Source of the DNA: a virus
Virus record (IMG/VR): IMGVR_UViG_3300033233_000006
Span: 1 to 64,000 of that record
DNA: 64,000 nt
Strand: one strand, 5' to 3'
Shown here: positions 62,963 to 64,000 of the stretch, piece by piece
Layout: each line of letters opens with the position of its first letter
Position numbering within the stretch: position 1 is the first letter of the stretch
The notes under the pieces: model-generated
The model's database searches: none
Told to the model about the DNA's origin: nothing
What the model saw: only the letters and a program-made list of their open reading frames with translations
Program-made: the position numbers and the translations under genes

Positions 62963-63517
62963 ATGCCGAAATGGCGAGCGATACCAGGGTGCTTTGGCTA
63001 CGCGGCCTCGCGAAGCGGGAAGATTCTGTCGATCAAGACCGGCATCGTCCGCAAGTCTTCGCCGGTACGGTCGGCTAGTAGACCGAACGACCGACACCGC
63101 CGCGTGTCGCTCTTTGTCGGCGGTCGCCACAAGACGTTTGCGCTGCATCGGCTCATCGCGCGGACGTTTATCGGGCCGCCGCCGACCGCCAAGCACCAAG
63201 TGAACCACAAGAATGGCCGAGCCGACGACAACCGCGCTCGGAACCTGGAGTGGGTGACGCCGAAGGAAAACGGCGAGCACGCCGCGAGACTTCGACTGGT
63301 AGCGAGCGGAGAACGACACGGCACGCACACGAAACCCGAGACGAGATGCTTCGGCTCGAAGCACGGACGATCGAAGCTGACAGAAGCGGACATCCTTGAA
63401 ATCCGCCGTCGCGGGGCCAACGGCGAGTCCCAAGCGGTTCTCGCCGCTGCTTTCAGCGTGACACAAGCGTCGGTTTCGATGATTCTCACGAGACGGACAT
63501 GGCGGCATGTTGCATGA
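62963..63517 (+). CDS. NUMOD4/HNH homing endonuclease
   Basis: WRAIPG..Y.AS..G.I.S; LHRLIARTF...VNHKNG...NRARNLEWVT. Confidence 0.9.
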   Translation: MPKWRAIPGCFGYAASRSGKILSIKTGIVRKSSPVRSASRPNDRHRRVSLFVGGRHKTFALHRLIARTFIGPPPTAKHQVNHKNGRADDNRARNLEWVTPKENGEHAARLRLVASGERHGTHTKPETRCFGSKHGRSKLTEADILEIRRRGANGESQAVLAAAFSVTQASVSMILTRRTWRHVA

Positions 63518-63552
63518 TGACGGTCCCGCTCATCTCGGGTTAGGAGTAGAGC

Positions 63553-63945
63553 TTGTCCTTCACCCCGCCGTACAAACTCGATCCGTATGAGTCCGTGAGG
63601 AGCCCGGGAGGGCTCCCCATCCTCATGCAGCGCGGGATGCACGACGTGATCGAGAAGGAGAAGGACGGGAGCCTACACGACAAGTTCGTAAAAGCCTTTA
63701 ACGTTATCGCGTTCTCGCTCGCGGAGTCGGGTCGGTTGAAGGAGGGCCACCTCACGCTCACCGGGAGCAAGGGGCTCGCGCGCGAGAAGGAAGTGAAGCG
63801 GCTCCCCGATACGCTGGCAAAGCAGCGACAGCTCGTGAAGTGGGCCGACAAGCTCAAGGCCCAATACCCGGGCCGCTACGACAACTCGTGGTGGAACGAC
63901 CCGTACCGCGGCGTCGCGCCCAAGCCGCAAGCGGCTCCGCGATGA
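63553..63945 (+). CDS. Hypothetical protein
   Basis: AGGAG RBS before TTG. Confidence 0.65.
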   Translation: MSFTPPYKLDPYESVRSPGGLPILMQRGMHDVIEKEKDGSLHDKFVKAFNVIAFSLAESGRLKEGHLTLTGSKGLAREKEVKRLPDTLAKQRQLVKWADKLKAQYPGRYDNSWWNDPYRGVAPKPQAAPR

Positions 63946-64000
63946 GGTGCGCCCGTGGCTGACATCCAGAACCCGAATCCCCCTTCGTATCCCTATGGGC

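Noticed and set aside
1-64000. CRISPR array, rRNA, IS transposase or integrase
   Set aside because: No regularly spaced repeat-spacer units and no recognisable motifs for these were seen.

Overview
A 64-kb stretch of a high-GC, T4-like (large/jumbo) tailed-phage genome; no host chromosomal genes are evident. From left to right: (1) leftward accessory and early-type genes, including NUDIX, 2H-phosphoesterase, metallophosphatase, RHH and wHTH proteins, many preceded by a conserved promoter-like motif TGCAAC-N14-GTGTY; (2) dense arrays of short ORFs; (3) a head module with a two-intein gp20-like portal, a gp21-like protease fused to a scaffold-like coiled coil, and a gp23-like major capsid protein; (4) a frameshifted Zn-ribbon/helicase gene and a GHKL ATPase; (5) an array of about 45 tRNA or tRNA-like genes covering all 20 amino acids, interspersed with HNH endonucleases; (6) more short ORFs and a gp13-like neck gene. 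Two patterns stand out. First, about 43 otherwise unrelated small proteins, many with a KOW/SH3-like 'F-x-x-G-D-R-V' start, end in the same amphipathic tag (consensus roughly D/S-P/V-V/I-E/D-x-L-A/G-E-L); these include a truncated capsid paralogue and an 'empty' remnant. Second, nearly the whole tRNA set has replaced the near-universal G18/U55 elbow with A18/G55. All calls come from reading the sequence by eye; no database searches were run, and start codons and tRNA ends are approximate.
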